In this document: piece by piece, positions 13,992 through 26,636 of the stretch | Layout: every line of letters begins with the position of its first letter | Numbering within the stretch: position 1 is the stretch's first letter | Assembly: GCF_018350175.1 (NCBI RefSeq) | Contig: NC_058369.1 | Location: 23,500,001 to 23,560,000 of the forward strand | Direction of reading: 5' to 3' | Source: Felis catus | Taxonomy: Eukaryota | DNA length: 60,000 bases | Made by a program: the position numbers and the translations under genes | Notes under the pieces: model-generated | What the model was told of the DNA's origin: nothing | Databases searched by the model: none | What the model saw: only the letters and a program-made list of their open reading frames with translations

Positions 13992-14294
13992 ATGTTATAT
14001 ATAATGTTAATATATTTGTCTTTATACCAACATATTAAAAATATAATTTTTATTATTTTTTAATGGAGAAAGGAGACCACGAATATCCTAACTTGGCCCC
14101 TATTAACTGATTACTTCCTACCTCAATCCAACACACCCCACTTTTCCCTCAGGACCCTGAGGCCTCATGAGAGACCAAAACTATACAAAACAGTGGGCCT
14201 AACAGCAGTTCAGAGCCCCTTGTCCCTTCAACTGTGACACATGAATGCCCTTTAAAAAGCTTTACCTTGTTGGATAACATTTCTGAGAAATTCC

Positions 14295-14297
<3 letters not shown>

Positions 14298-14342
<45 letters not shown>
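14298..14342. repeat. (CA)n microsatellite
   Basis: About 22 perfect units. Confidence 0.95.
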
Positions 14343-14345
<3 letters not shown>

Positions 14346-15347
14346 TTTTTGCTTTACTTACAAATGCTTACAGCCCCTCTTGCAAAACTCCTCAGGTTCT
14401 CTCTGGGGCACTTTCACCTCCAAACTTTTATCCCTGATAAATTAACCATTATAATCAAACTATCTAGCCTAAGCATTTTGAGTTGCTGTTTTATTTTTAA
14501 AAAGAGGTGGGGGAGGCATCCAACAAACCAGATGTGGCCGTCTCCAGTTTCAGTTCTTAATGTACAATAAGTTGCAGGTTTCTTATAGTTCCTCGGGGGT
14601 AAATCACAAACAAGAATTAGCACATCACCAGCCCAACTTCCTCTTCCCAGCATGTCTGTTTCAAGTTAAAGTGAACAACGACTCAAATATCAAAGGCATA
14701 TTGCCCCTAAATTAGCCAATCAGCTCCAAATACAGCTGGAAACAAGAGCAGGGGATAATGTTTTTCAATCAGTGGACAACCCTTTGAAAGTTTAATTATA
14801 AATGGTAACCGTTTATTTCAAGCTAAATGGATTTTGCCACTTCTATGTGGGCAATACACACTGCACGTCACCCCAGCCTAATCTCTGTCTCATACTGCCT
14901 GCCACAGGGGAAGTAAAAATGATGTAGGTCCCCATTCTCTAACATCATTTGTGTTATTGTATCATTTTTTTAAGGGAATGGCAAATACTTGCTATATAAT
15001 TGTTTGAAGAAATCAACTTTCTGAGCGGCTTTCTTACAAAGAAATTGGTCTAGGTTGACCTGACAAGGCAGATTAGAATCAGCATCCCTGGAAGTGGCAA
15101 TCCCGTTACTCATCAGTGAGGACGGTTTTCCAGGTCAGGGGAAGGAAGAAGGAAGGGGTGGTCTGCTTGAGACTGGTCTGAAGAATCAGGTCTGGGAAGA
15201 AACAAGTTTGTTATCTGTTCTTGTCAAGGGCTGATGACCTCAATCCCAGGGGTTCACGCTCTGGAGATAATTGCAATGAATCATTTCTAGGCAAGCCTCC
15301 AGAAGCTTCTGCTTGGGCACAATGCAATCTTCCTCACTCACTCTCCT

Positions 15348-15371
15348 CCCCCCCCCCCCCCCCCCCCCCCC
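15348..15371. repeat. C24 homopolymer
   Basis: Directly visible. Confidence 0.9.
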
Positions 15372-17099
15372 GTTACACATCACTTCTCCTCAGGTGGGAA
15401 GATACAGTGGAAAGGTGAGGATTTGTCTGTCCAGAACATCACCACGTTTAGGAAACTCCTCCTCCCCCACTCCATAGACACACTTCTCCCCTCATCCCAC
15501 AGGACAAAGAATGATGACTGGCCAGCCTGAGTCAAGAGCCACCACTCAAGTGAGCTTTAAAGTGGGATTCAAGGTGTTGCGTGCCCATCAATCTGCAGGA
15601 TTCCCACGTTCTTTGGAATCAAGCCCGGAATTGGACATCTGGTGGAGAGCTAGTGAGGAAATGCATCCCAACCCTTGAAGACAGATAGACCTATCACTTA
15701 TCCAGCTGAGTGACCTAATGCCAACTACTTGATACTCTGAACCTCGATAATCCTATAAGTAAAATGGGAACGATATCTGCCCTGCAAAGCTTTTGTAGGG
15801 ATTATAGTGACTGGAAATAGTGTAGCTACTAAAAAAAATCATAAATGTAGATGTAGTCACATACCAAATTTTCATGCTTCATCAGCCAGTGATGATAAAA
15901 TGGGGTCATGTTTGTATTTAACTCCCAAATGACCATGATTCTGACTCCAAGTGGTAGGACCTCTGGGGCCAGGTTTGCCCTTCCAAAATGCTCTGCAGTT
16001 TCTTCTAAGTCTCCCCAGTTGCTGTCGCCCATACATAAACAAAGTGGTCTGAGACGGTCTCCAGGAGGGATCCTCTGTCAGGTAGCGTCCACCGTGTTTT
16101 CCTCTACTTTATTGTCAGTGTCACCTGTGCCCTTGCTATTAGGCCATCAGGGTCCAGGCCAGAGATGCTATTCCTGATGCTCCCTCTGTCCTCACTCTCA
16201 GTGGTGCTGGATTCTGGAGGCAGTGAGGAAAAAAACTCTCTGCAACTACCTGCCCCTCTGATTCATTCCTTATTTCCTAAGACAATTCCTAAGACAAACT
16301 CCAAAGAATCAGGGACATTCAGAAGTAATCCCATCTTCATTAAGCCACACCCTCCAGAAAACCCAATTTGTTTAACTGTGAACAAATAGCTCCAACTACA
16401 GAGATGTAAAACTGCTTGGAACTTCTCTCCACTCCCACCAACTCTCCTCCCCCCTCCCCCTGACTGTGTGCGCGCACTTCTCAGTAGCTTCAGAGACCTG
16501 AGGGCTCAGCCTCAACGGGTCCCACATGGAATCTGAGCCAACCCTACATTAATCAAAACAAACCCCCCAGTGTAGACCTTGCCCACAGCCAGTGACCACA
16601 TGCTAGGAGGACAGGGGACAGATAACATATGGGTTTGTAGAGGTCAAGGGGTCTCCAAGAAAGGATGTGAATATGATTTGTTGGAGAGACTATAAATCAA
16701 CTTCTCTTCTCCCTCTCTTACATGTGCCATGTGATGTATAGGGTTTTCTAACAATAAAGACAAATTATGATGATAACAAGGTCAAGGTACAACATTTATT
16801 ACAAGTTATATCTGGGTTTGGCTTCATATTGGTTCAATAAATAATTTGTGTGTATTGAATCATCATCAATAGATATTACATATGAGTATGATATATACAC
16901 AAAAACAGATTACATATATGTATTAGTATGTTATATATATATATTATATATATATATATATTAAAAAAGGGATATATAAATTAAATATCAGACGTTAGAC
17001 AAATCTAAATAAGCCACTCTTGATGGTGTGGAGTCAAAGGTAGGTACTGTAGGAAACCTATTTAATTTTTACAAACCAAAAGCTGGCTATAAATATTAA

Positions 17100-17746
17100 C
17101 ATATGAATGTATCAGAATTCTTGTATTCATCTTTCTGGTCCTTCAAAGCTAAGTTTTACTTTGCAAGGACCCAAAATGCCATTCTGTGGTTGAGAAAATC
17201 TGCCCACCAGATCTCACAGCCAATTGTTTTCATGCCAGAGGTGCTGTGTGATCACGTATGTAAAGGCAGGAAACTCAGGGATGCTATAAATGGCCAGTTG
17301 CCTAGGAGCAAGATTTCAATAAAAACCCTGCATGAAATGAGTCTCACACTTGTAACAAAATGAGTTTGAAACAGTCAAAAAGTGGTAGGAGGTCCACGGC
17401 TTTATGGCATGACTAACTTGAGGACGCAGGCAGGCTAGGAATGCAAGGAAGATAGAGCTGGTTTTATGCAGCCCGGTTCTTTCAGTCTTAGATGGCTGTT
17501 CTGTATAAATGTTCTTGAAAGTTCTCAACTCTAATGGTAAACGTCAGACAGCACTATTTCACCAAACCACAGTTTTTTAATGGATCATTACTGTTTTTGC
17601 ATTTTGTCTTTACTAGTCTTTCCTTTCCTTGGCTGGTCAAACTAGATTTCCACTCTATTTCTTGTATTTCATCACTGTTAAGGATGCTATGATGGCTTCA
17701 CCATTTCCCATTAATGAAACTGGATTGTGTCTGTTTCTTTTAATTC
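17100..17746 (-). pseudogene. Decayed stalk/transmembrane exon (3' end uncertain)
   Basis: Acceptor atttaaattaaAG, phase-compatible with the LRRCT exon. Non-repetitive sequence with a hydrophobic stretch SSIFLAFLACL followed by HAIKPW at ~17395-17460. Confidence 0.4.
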
Positions 17747-18099
17747 CTTTAATTTAAATGGGTAAGACTGAGTCATTACGGACAGGTGGTCTCACCCAGA
17801 ATGCCCGCCAGTGCTAAATGACTAAGGGAATAAGGCTCTGAGGATGAGGTCAGGAAGTCTGACCCAGCGGGGCAGGGTGAAGGTGCCTGGGTTACTCTCC
17901 TGAAAGCGCTGGGGCTGGGGGGGGGGGGGGGGCGGGGAGGGGAGGGGCGCGGAAAGTACAGCAAGCCCAGCAAACCAGATGTCTTAACTAACCAATTCAG
18001 TTCAGGTAAATTAATTTAGTAAAACTAATTTAGTGAAACAAAGTAAAGCAAAATTTAGTTACATTTTATCTGATGAGAAATGGCTGTTGTTGCATTTGT

Positions 18100-18651
18100 T
18101 ATTTTCTTAACATTTTATTTTGGAATAATTATAGATCCACATGAAATAATGCAAAGAGATCCCTTGTGCCCTTTACCCAGTCTCTCCAGTGGCGACATCT
18201 TGCAAAACGATATCACAACCAGGGTATTGACAATGATACAGTCATTTTCTAGGATAAAAGCACAGAAATGCAATGCTGGGTCAGTGGAAGTTGAATGTTT
18301 AGGTGTGTATTCATTTAAGAAACTGCCAAATTACTTTCCAGAATGGCTGTACCATTGTACATTCCCACTAGCAATGTACAGATGATCCAATTTATCTACA
18401 TCCATAGCAGTATCTGGTGGTGTTACTATTTTTTCATTTTACTGGTAGGTGTGTGGTATTATTTCATTGATGGCTAACGATGTTGAATATCTTTTCTTGT
18501 GTTTATATGCCATGTGTATAACCTGTTCAATGAGATGTCTTTGCATATCTTTTGCTCATTTTGTAATTTTTGTTTTTGTTTTGTGTTTGACTTGTCTGCT
18601 TTTCATTATATTTTTTCTATTTTTTCATATGACTTCCTATAGGTTACTTTA

Positions 18652-18698
<47 letters not shown>

Positions 18699-19935
18699 CC
18701 CATTTTGGTTTATCTATAGTATTTTGAGTGTATTTTAAATAGAGCTTTTTAGTGGTGTCTTGAGGTTTTACATTAAATATACACAACTTATCACAATCCA
18801 TTGGTGTTAATATGTTACCAGGTCTAGTGAAAGGTAGAAACATTACTGCCCTTCACCTTCACTGTTTATAATTGTCTTAATATAACATAGTTCTTTTAAA
18901 TATTTCTTGTACATACATTTAGACCCATATTAGTGTTAGAATTTGTGCTTCTACTGCCAAGCATAATTCATAAATTCTATGAAGAATCTAAGAAGAAAAA
19001 GGAATTCTATTTACCCATATTTTTACTCTTTCTGTTGTTCTCTCTTGCTGTTCCAACATTTCCCCTTTTATCATTTTCTTTTTGTTTATATTCTTTACTC
19101 ATTCTTTTACGGTAGATCTTCTGGTGACAAATTCTCTTGTTTTTCCTTCAAATTAAAAGTATGATTTCCCTTTCATTCCTTGAGGAGTATGTTTCCTGGA
19201 TATAGAAATTTAGGTTGGCAATTCTTTTCTGTAAGCATTTGAAAGATGTTTTCTTTTACCTCCATTGTTTCTCACGACAAATTTACTGTCATTTGAAACG
19301 TTTTCCCCCTATAGGTAAGATATTGTTTCTTTCTTGCTGCTTTCACAGTTTTTTCATCTTAGTTTTCAGAAGGTTGATGTGTCTTGCTGTAAATTTCTTT
19401 GGGTTTGTTCTGTTTGGGATTCTCTTGGTTTCTTGAATCTATAGACTCATGTCTCCTGCCAAATTTGGGAGGTTTTCAGTCATTATTTCTCTGAGTACTC
19501 TTTTGGTCCTTCCTCCTCTCCTCTCTTTCTGGGACCCTGATGTCACAAATGTTAGATTGTTTGTTATTGTCCCACAAGTCCTAAGGGCCTATTTATTTAA
19601 GTCTATTTTTTTTCTATTGCCCAGATTGCATAATTTCTATTTTTCTATCCTCAAGCTTGCTGATTCTTTCCTCTATGCCTTCCATTTCACTGTTAAGGCC
19701 ATCTATTGAATTTTTTAAAAATTACAGTTATAGTATTTTATGACTATTTTTTATATCTTTTATTTATTTCCTGGGACTTTCTGTTTCTTTACTGAGACTT
19801 TTCACTTTATTTTTAAAAATCTGTTTCAAGAATGTTTGTAATTGCTCCTTGAAAGCATTTTTAACACGGCTGCTTTAAAATCTTTGTCAGAGAACCTTAA
19901 CACCTCTGTCACTTTCACATTGGTGTCTATCAATG
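18100..19935 (-). mobile_element. Old L1M fragments, antisense
   Basis: T-rich, with typical L1 reverse motifs (aaactgccaaattactttccagaatggctgtacc, aaatttgggaggttttcagtcattatttc). Confidence 0.75.
18655..18693. repeat. T39 homopolymer within old L1
   Basis: Directly visible. Confidence 0.9.
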
Positions 19936-21101
19936 CCAAATAAAAACAAAGCAGCTTTCAGTGCTGAGACATAAATTGCATCCTGGGATCTAAGTAGCTC
20001 AGCAATGTCCTGATTCTGGCACTATTCTTTCATTCAAATATTCTTTCCTTCATCAAGTACGTACCGAGTGTCTACCTTGTCCAGGTTCTATGCTAGGTTC
20101 TTGAGATTCAACTTCGAGATGGTCAGACAGCAACTGTTCTCCAGGACCTAAACATGTGGCAGTGTGCAATTCTAAGTTCTTCTAACAACTCACTGTTGCA
20201 TCTTAGACATCACTTTGTCCTTTTTTATTCTCACTTCAGGATCTTTACAATGAGGGTGGGTTAATTAGAACATTTCTTTGAATTATGAAATACATTGAGA
20301 ATACTATGAAAAGCCATGCTCCTCACAAAAACGTGCATAGCCTAAATATATAGCACATACTCGTATACACAGTTTTTACATATAATTTTGTAAGACCAGA
20401 GAAGACTATCGTTAGGAATATCTATTATTTGTTGTCTACGGAAATTTTGAGTTCAGTCATTATATGCTTTAAAACATTTATACATCATTTGATACTGATA
20501 AACTGTTGTGAGAATACTTACTGGAATCCAGGAGATGTTCTAAACAATTTATAAAAATTTTCTTACTTTATTCTCATAATAAATTTTATTAATCAAATGT
20601 AATATGTGATTAAACTGTAAAGGAAGATTAAATAGAAATTTTCCCTTATGGACTTAGATGAGTCTAAAGGGAAATATTGTGCTCTATAAATTCAAAATTA
20701 ATAAAATTCTTCAGTTGCAGATCCCTACAGGGGTGATATAAAGGTGGAAATTGGGAGAGACTAAACTAGGTGACAGGGGAGTAGCCACTTATAAAAGAAG
20801 AATATATAAATATTTATAAGCTTCAAGCATTGTTTTAAAAAGAAATAAAAGTATGAGCACTAAAAAGTTTAGAGCTTACCAGAGAAAAATAAAAATAGAA
20901 TTAGTAATTGTTTTTAAAAACTGTTTAATGAAAAGTAGAAAAAGATCTTAAAGGTATCAACAAAAAAAGGTTAGTTAAAAATTATAATGTTAAATAGCAA
21001 AAATGCCTTAATATAGTCAACATTAGAATGAATAGAAATGGGATAAATTAAACACACTGGTCAAAAGACAGAAACTCTCAAATTGAATTAAAACAAAAAC
21101 A

Positions 21102-21312
21102 GGGGCACCTGGGTGGTTCAGTCAGTTAAATGTCTGACATCAGCTCAGGTCATGATCTCATAGTTTCTGAGTTTGAGCCCTGTGTTGGGCTCTGTGCTGA
21201 TAGCTCAGTGTCTGGAGCCTGCTTTGGATTCTCTGTCTCCCTCTCTCTCTCTACCCCTCCCCTGCTTGTGCTCTTTCTCTCTCAAAAATAAAGAAACATT
21301 TTTTTAAATTCT
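21102..21312 (+). mobile_element. Can-SINE
   Basis: Consensus head and tail. Confidence 0.9.
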
Positions 21313-21423
21313 TAAAAACAAAGCAAAACAAAACCAAAAGAAAATAAGACCCAGCTATACATGCTTGAAAAAGATGAAGTTCAGATAAGAGGGCAGAGAA
21401 TCAAGGAAAATAAAGGACGGGGA

Positions 21424-21449
21424 AAAAAACAAAAACAAAAACAAAAACA

Positions 21450-21480
<31 letters not shown>

Positions 21481-21492
21481 CAAAAACAAAAA
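21424..21492. repeat. (CAAAAA)n simple repeat
   Basis: Directly visible. Confidence 0.9.
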
Positions 21493-21500
21493 TACATGGT

Positions 21501-21617
21501 TCTGTGCTGACAGCTCAGAGCCTGGAGCCTGCTTTGGATTCTGTGTCTCCCTCTCTCTGCCCATCCCCCACCCACGCTCTGTATGTCTCTCTCAAAAATA
21601 AATAAACATTTAAAAAG
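21501..21617 (+). mobile_element. 5'-truncated Can-SINE
   Basis: Begins at tctgtgctgacagctcagagcc and lacks the tRNA head. Confidence 0.85.
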
Positions 21618-23148
21618 TATACATTTGTATGCTTTAAAATATATATATATCCATCCATCCAGAGGCACTCATAATCACAAAAGCAAAATACATAAAGCAA
21701 CAGGTAAGAGAATTAAGAGAAAGACAGAAATAAAATGCTATTGGAGATTTAAAATCACTGCTGTTAGAAACTGAAATACTAAATCCATACAAATAAGTTG
21801 GAATATAGAAGATGTTAATAATATAATTAAGAAGTTATACATACAAATGTATATACAATTTTTCACCCAGACATAGAATACACACTTTTTTTTCTGGAAT
21901 AAATAGATCAGTCATAAAAAGAAATTACATAGTAGAGAAAAAAGAGAGTATCAATATATTTCTAAGGCTCCATATCAGACAATGTTCTCTAACTTCAACT
22001 TAATAAAATTGAGTTACCTAAGAATAAACATCCACGTGTCTCTAAACTAAGAAAAAATAAATCTACTATCAAACAGACCTTGGGCAAAATAGAAAACAAA
22101 AAAGGAAATTGCACAACTTAGTGATAATGAAAGCAGTGCATGTTAGCATCTGTGGGATGTGGCCAACAAAGTTTCTAGAGTGCAATTTATAGCTATGAAC
22201 ACATTCTGAAAATAAAGAAGACTGAGAAATAAATAAGCTAGGTGGTCATCTAATGATGGTAGAAAAAGGACAACAGAGTAAATCTAAAGAAACAAGAAAG
22301 ATCGTAGTATGAAGATAAATGACATACATGGAAGGTTTTAGAGAGGAGGTGAGTAATATGTAATTCCTATCACACACATATTGTCCTCGAAAGCTGAAAA
22401 TGTAGGAAGTCTGGGTTGCTCAATTAAGCCAGATGAAAAGAGATTAAGATAATAATAATAATAATAATAATAATAATGTCAATTGAACTTCTGTACTTAG
22501 CTTTTAAAGTGTAAAAGAAAAATTATCTATATATTTCCAAAAGTATATTAAAATGATTCAAGAGTGACTCAACATAAGGAAAATGAGCAACATAATTCAC
22601 CTTTTTAGACAAAAAGACTTCAAGGTCACAATGGAATTAAAGGATGATAAAGTTTAACAACCATTTCTGTAGGGAGGGAACCCTTAGAAAACTAGAAATA
22701 TAGTATTTTTTATTCCTATCTGAAAAAAACCTTAGAAAACTAGACATTATCTGATAAAGTTTATCTACCAAAATCCATTGAAAACAAAATTTACATAAAG
22801 AAATTTTATAAGCATTTTTTTTTTTAGGTCAGGAAAGAGATAAAACTTACCACTTAAACACCTGCTATTCCAAATATCTGGAAAATCAGTAACATAATAA
22901 AAATAAATAACAAAAGTATTTGATTGAAAAGGACAAGACAAAATGGTCATTATCTAGAAATCCATGGGAATTAGGAGAAAACCATTAGAATTTGTAAGGG
23001 AGTTCAGCAAGTTTATGGTAAGCAAGATTAAGTACTAAAAACTAGTAACAGTAACAAGTATTGTGCACCTACTAAAGCAAATTCTTATTAGAAAAACTGT
23101 GATAAGAAAATAAGAAAATTTATGATTGCAATTAAAAGTATGAATTAT

Positions 23149-23364
23149 GGGGCACCTGGGTGGCTCAGCGAGTTAAGAGTCTAACTCTTGGTTTCGGCTC
23201 AGGTCATGATCTCACAAGTTCATGAGTTCAAGCCCTGCACGGGGCTCTGTGTTGACAGTGCAGAGGCTGCCTGGGATTCTCTCTCTCTCTCTCTCTCTCT
23301 GCCCCTCCCCTGCTTATGCTGTCTGTCTCTCTCTCTATGTCTCTCTCAAAATAAATTTAAAAAA
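23149..23364 (+). mobile_element. Can-SINE immediately 5' of the young L1
   Basis: TSD aaa(g/c)tatgaattat at ~23135-23148 and 24774-24787, separated by the L1. Confidence 0.9.
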
Positions 23365-23377
23365 TTTTAAAACTATG

Positions 23378-24766
23378 TGGCACAAAAACAGACACGTAGA
23401 CCAATGGAATAGAATAGAAACCCCAGAACTAGACCCACAAACGTATGGCCAACTCATCTTTGACAAAGCAGGAAAGAACATCCAGTGGAAAAAAGACAGC
23501 CTCTTTAACAAATGGTGTTGGGAGAACTGGGCAGCAACATGCAGAAGGTTGAAACTAGACCACTTTCTCACACCATTCACAAAAATAAACTCAAAATGGA
23601 TAAAGGACCTAAATGTGAGACAGGAAACCATCAAAACATTAGAGGAGAAAGCAGGAAAAGACCTCTCTGACCTCAGCCGTAGCAATCTCTTACTCGACAC
23701 ATCCCCAAAGGCAAGGGAATTAAAAGCAAAAGTGAATTACTGGGACCTTATGAAGATAAAAAGCTTCTACACAGCAAAGGAAACAACCAACAAAACTAAA
23801 AGGCAACCAACGGAATGGGAAAAGATATTCACAAATGACATATCGGACAAAGGGCTAGTATCCAAAATCTATAAAGAGCTCACCAAACTCCACACCCGAA
23901 AAACAAATAACCCAGTGAAGAAATGGGCAGAAAACATGAATAGACACTTCTCTAAAGAAGACATCCGGATGGCCAACAGGCACATGAAAAGATGTTCAGC
24001 GTCGCTCCTTATCAGGGAAATACAAATCAAAACCACACTCAGATATCACCTCACGCCAGTCAGAGTGGCCAAAATGAACAAATCAGGAGACTATAGATGC
24101 TGGAGAGGATGTGGAGAAACGGGAACCCTCTTGCACTGTTGGTGGGAATGCAAATTGGTGCAGCCGCTCTGGAAAGCAGTGTGGAGGTTCCTCAGAAAAT
24201 TAAAAATAGACCTACCCTATGACCCAGCAATAGCACTGCTAGGAATTTATCCAAGGGATACAGGAGTACTGATGCATAGGGCCACTTGTACCCCAATGTT
24301 CATAGCAGCACTCTCAACAATAGCCAAATTATGGAAAGAGCCTAAATGTCCATCAACTGATGAATGGATAAAGAAATTGTGGTTTATATACACAATGGAG
24401 TACTACGTGGCAATGAGAAAAAATGAAATATGGCCTTTTGTAGCAACGTGGATGGAACTGGAGAGTGTGATGCTAAGTGAAATAAGCCATACAGAGAAAG
24501 ACAGATACCATATGGTTTCACTCTTATGTGGATCCTGAGAAACTTAACAGGAACCCATGGGGGAGGGGAAGGAAAAAAAAAAAAAAGAGGTTAGAGTGGG
24601 AGAGAGCCAAAGCATAAGAGACTGTTAAAAACTGAGAACAAACTGAGGGTTGATGGGGGGTGGGAGGGAGGAGAGGGTGGGTGATGGGTATTGAGGAGGG
24701 CACCTTTTGGGATGAGCACTGGGTGTTGTATGGAAACCAATTTGTCAATAAATTTCATATAAAAAA
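23378..24766 (+). mobile_element. Young 5'-truncated feline LINE-1 (L1_Fc-like): ORF2 C-terminus plus 3'UTR
   Basis: Uninterrupted ORF to 24538 with L1 ORF2 motifs ([32 protein letters not shown] zinc knuckle), G-rich 3'UTR, AATAAA, and near-identical flanks aaaaaatttt(t)aaactatg. Confidence 0.95.
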
Positions 24767-24979
24767 TTTTTTTAAACTATGAATTATCTATTTGCTAATG
24801 TAATAAAGACTGCACAGGATGTTTATGGACAAATTTTTAAGTTTATTCTAGGACATAAAAGAAGGCTTGCATATTCTGTCCAAGGTTGGGGTAATTTAAC
24901 ATTGAAATTATATCAATTAGTATGCCCCAAATGTAGTTGAAAATTAATGCAATTCCAATAAAAGTTTCAAACATGATTT

Positions 24980-25197
24980 AAAAAAAATTTTTTTTAACGT
25001 TTATTTATTTTTGAGACAGAGAGAGACAGAGCATGAACGGGGGAGGGTCAGAGAGAGAGGGAGACACGGAAACTGAAGCAGGCTCAGGCTCTGAGCTGTC
25101 AGCACAGAGCACGACATGGGGCTCGAACTCACAGACTGTGAGATCATGACCTGAGCCAAAGTCAGACGCTTAACTGACTGAGCCACCCAGGCACCCC
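24980..25197 (-). mobile_element. Can-SINE
   Basis: TSD acatgattt at 24971-24979 and 25198-25206. Confidence 0.95.
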
Positions 25198-25737
25198 ACA
25201 TGATTTTTTTTTAGAAATGTATGGTAATATATATATGAACGAATGATGGTTTTTCAATGGCAAAGGACATTTTGAAAGAGAAAGGTAAGGAGATTCTTCT
25301 TGCCAAGTTTCAAGACACATTAAAAAGCAATCGTAATGAAGACAGCGTGGCAACAGAATAGGAGCAGGCCAGTAGGCCAAGAAAGTAAATTAGAAAACCC
25401 CCGCTGACTACTGGTACCTCAGGGAACTTGGAGTGTCATAAAGATGGCACCACAAATCAGTGGGAAAAAGGACTGATTATCTGGTAAAAAGAATCAGGAA
25501 AACAGCCTCACTATGGAAAATAAAAATTAAATTGCTAACCTCACACCAAATAAAAAGAAGCCCTATGTGGAATAAGAACTAAATGCAAAAGTTAAAAGTA
25601 TAGAATGAATGAAGACAGTGTAAACAGTATCTTTATGACCTTGAGATAGGAGAGGTTTATTAATTAAGACCCCAAAACATAAACCCTAAACAGATAGATT
25701 GATGGCTCAGGTATCAAAAATGAAATTTTTTTTCCAT

Positions 25738-25957
25738 GGATTTCCTGGGTGGCTCAATCTATTGACTGACTCTTGATTTTGGCTCAGATCACGACCTCAC
25801 AGTTTGTGTGACTGAACCCTATACCCTGACAGTGCGGAGTAAGGGCGATACAGCGGGCTTGGGATTCTCTCCTTGTCTCTCTGCCCCTTCCCCACTCATG
25901 CTTTCTCTCTGTCTCTGTCTCTGTCTCTCTCAAAGTAAATAAATAAAACTTTAAAAA
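25738..25957 (+). mobile_element. Can-SINE (diverged)
   Basis: cctgggtggctca head, CT tract and aaataaataaaac tail. Confidence 0.85.
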
Positions 25958-26049
25958 GAAAGACATTTCCTTCAAAAGTATACCATAGACAAAGTTCTCA
26001 GGCAGAGGTGAGACTTACCCTCCACCTTGCAATGTTATAAACAATGAGA

Positions 26050-26270
26050 GTTAACTGAGCAATTACTATGTAGCAGGCACTGTTCCAAATACTTTACGTA
26101 CATGGAATCATTCACTCTTCCTGAGTACTATTGTTACCTCTACTTTACAGATGAGGACACTGAAGTTAACTAACTGGTATGAAATCACACGATTGGTAAA
26201 GGGGAGGGCTAGGATTTGAACCCTCGTAACCTGGCCAAATCCAGTCTGTTCCCTTAATTGTGGCTACATG
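26050..26270. mobile_element. MIR (representative; others at ~2220-2380, 8600-8780, 10850-11030, 15680-15830, 31640-31840, 41340-41530, 46180-46370)
   Basis: MIR core ttttacagatgaggacactgaag...ggatttgaaccc. Confidence 0.75.
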
Positions 26271-26636
26271 GTCTTTCAGGTTTTTCTTTGTTGGTGCTAA
26301 GAAAAGCAAGTCAGGGAAGAAGGATCAAGGATGCCCAATAGTGGAAGGATGGTGAGGAGAAGCCATTGAATGTGACACTCCAGGGACTTCCGAAAGCAGT
26401 TTCAGGGAAGGGTGAGCACGGTAGGCTTGTGGAGTAGTGACCAGCCAGCAAGACTGTTCAACCTTTCGAACTACAGCCAGTTCTAGAAAGTGTGAGAAGG
26501 ACTCATCTTTCTTCTTAATAGCAGCCACTTGAGCGTTTTGTGGTTTGCATTTTAAGAATATAACTTAAATTTTTTTTTTTTGGATAATGCTGCCGATTAT
26601 GAAAAACATGACAGCTATAAAATTCATGATCCTTAC

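Larger units (their letters stand above)
69..16276 (-). pseudogene. Further exon-like segments (continuation of the LRR gene or a second decayed gene)
   Basis: Splice-bounded segments at 16276-15865, 13154-13117, 12021-11752 (acceptor TG rather than AG), 11562-11450, 9370-9295, 8556-8439, 5821-5435, 4683-4601, 4455-4355 and 187-69. Some are open, others carry stops or frameshifts. No recognised domain. Confidence 0.3.
20560..25737 (+). mobile_element. Old degenerate L1M ORF2 remnant interrupted by SINEs and the young L1
   Basis: A-rich sequence with L1 ORF2-like motifs (e.g. tctgtgggatgtggcc, gagttcagcaag, aatcagtgggaaaa); no open frame. Boundaries approximate. Confidence 0.6.

Noticed and set aside
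19960..20030. Ankyrin-like CQNQDIAELLRSQDA on the minus strand
   Set aside because: Too short, preceded by a stop, and without convincing splice sites.
23222..24538. 438-aa ORF as a host gene
   Set aside because: It is SINE-derived sequence fused to LINE-1 ORF2; the endonuclease and RT domains are absent.
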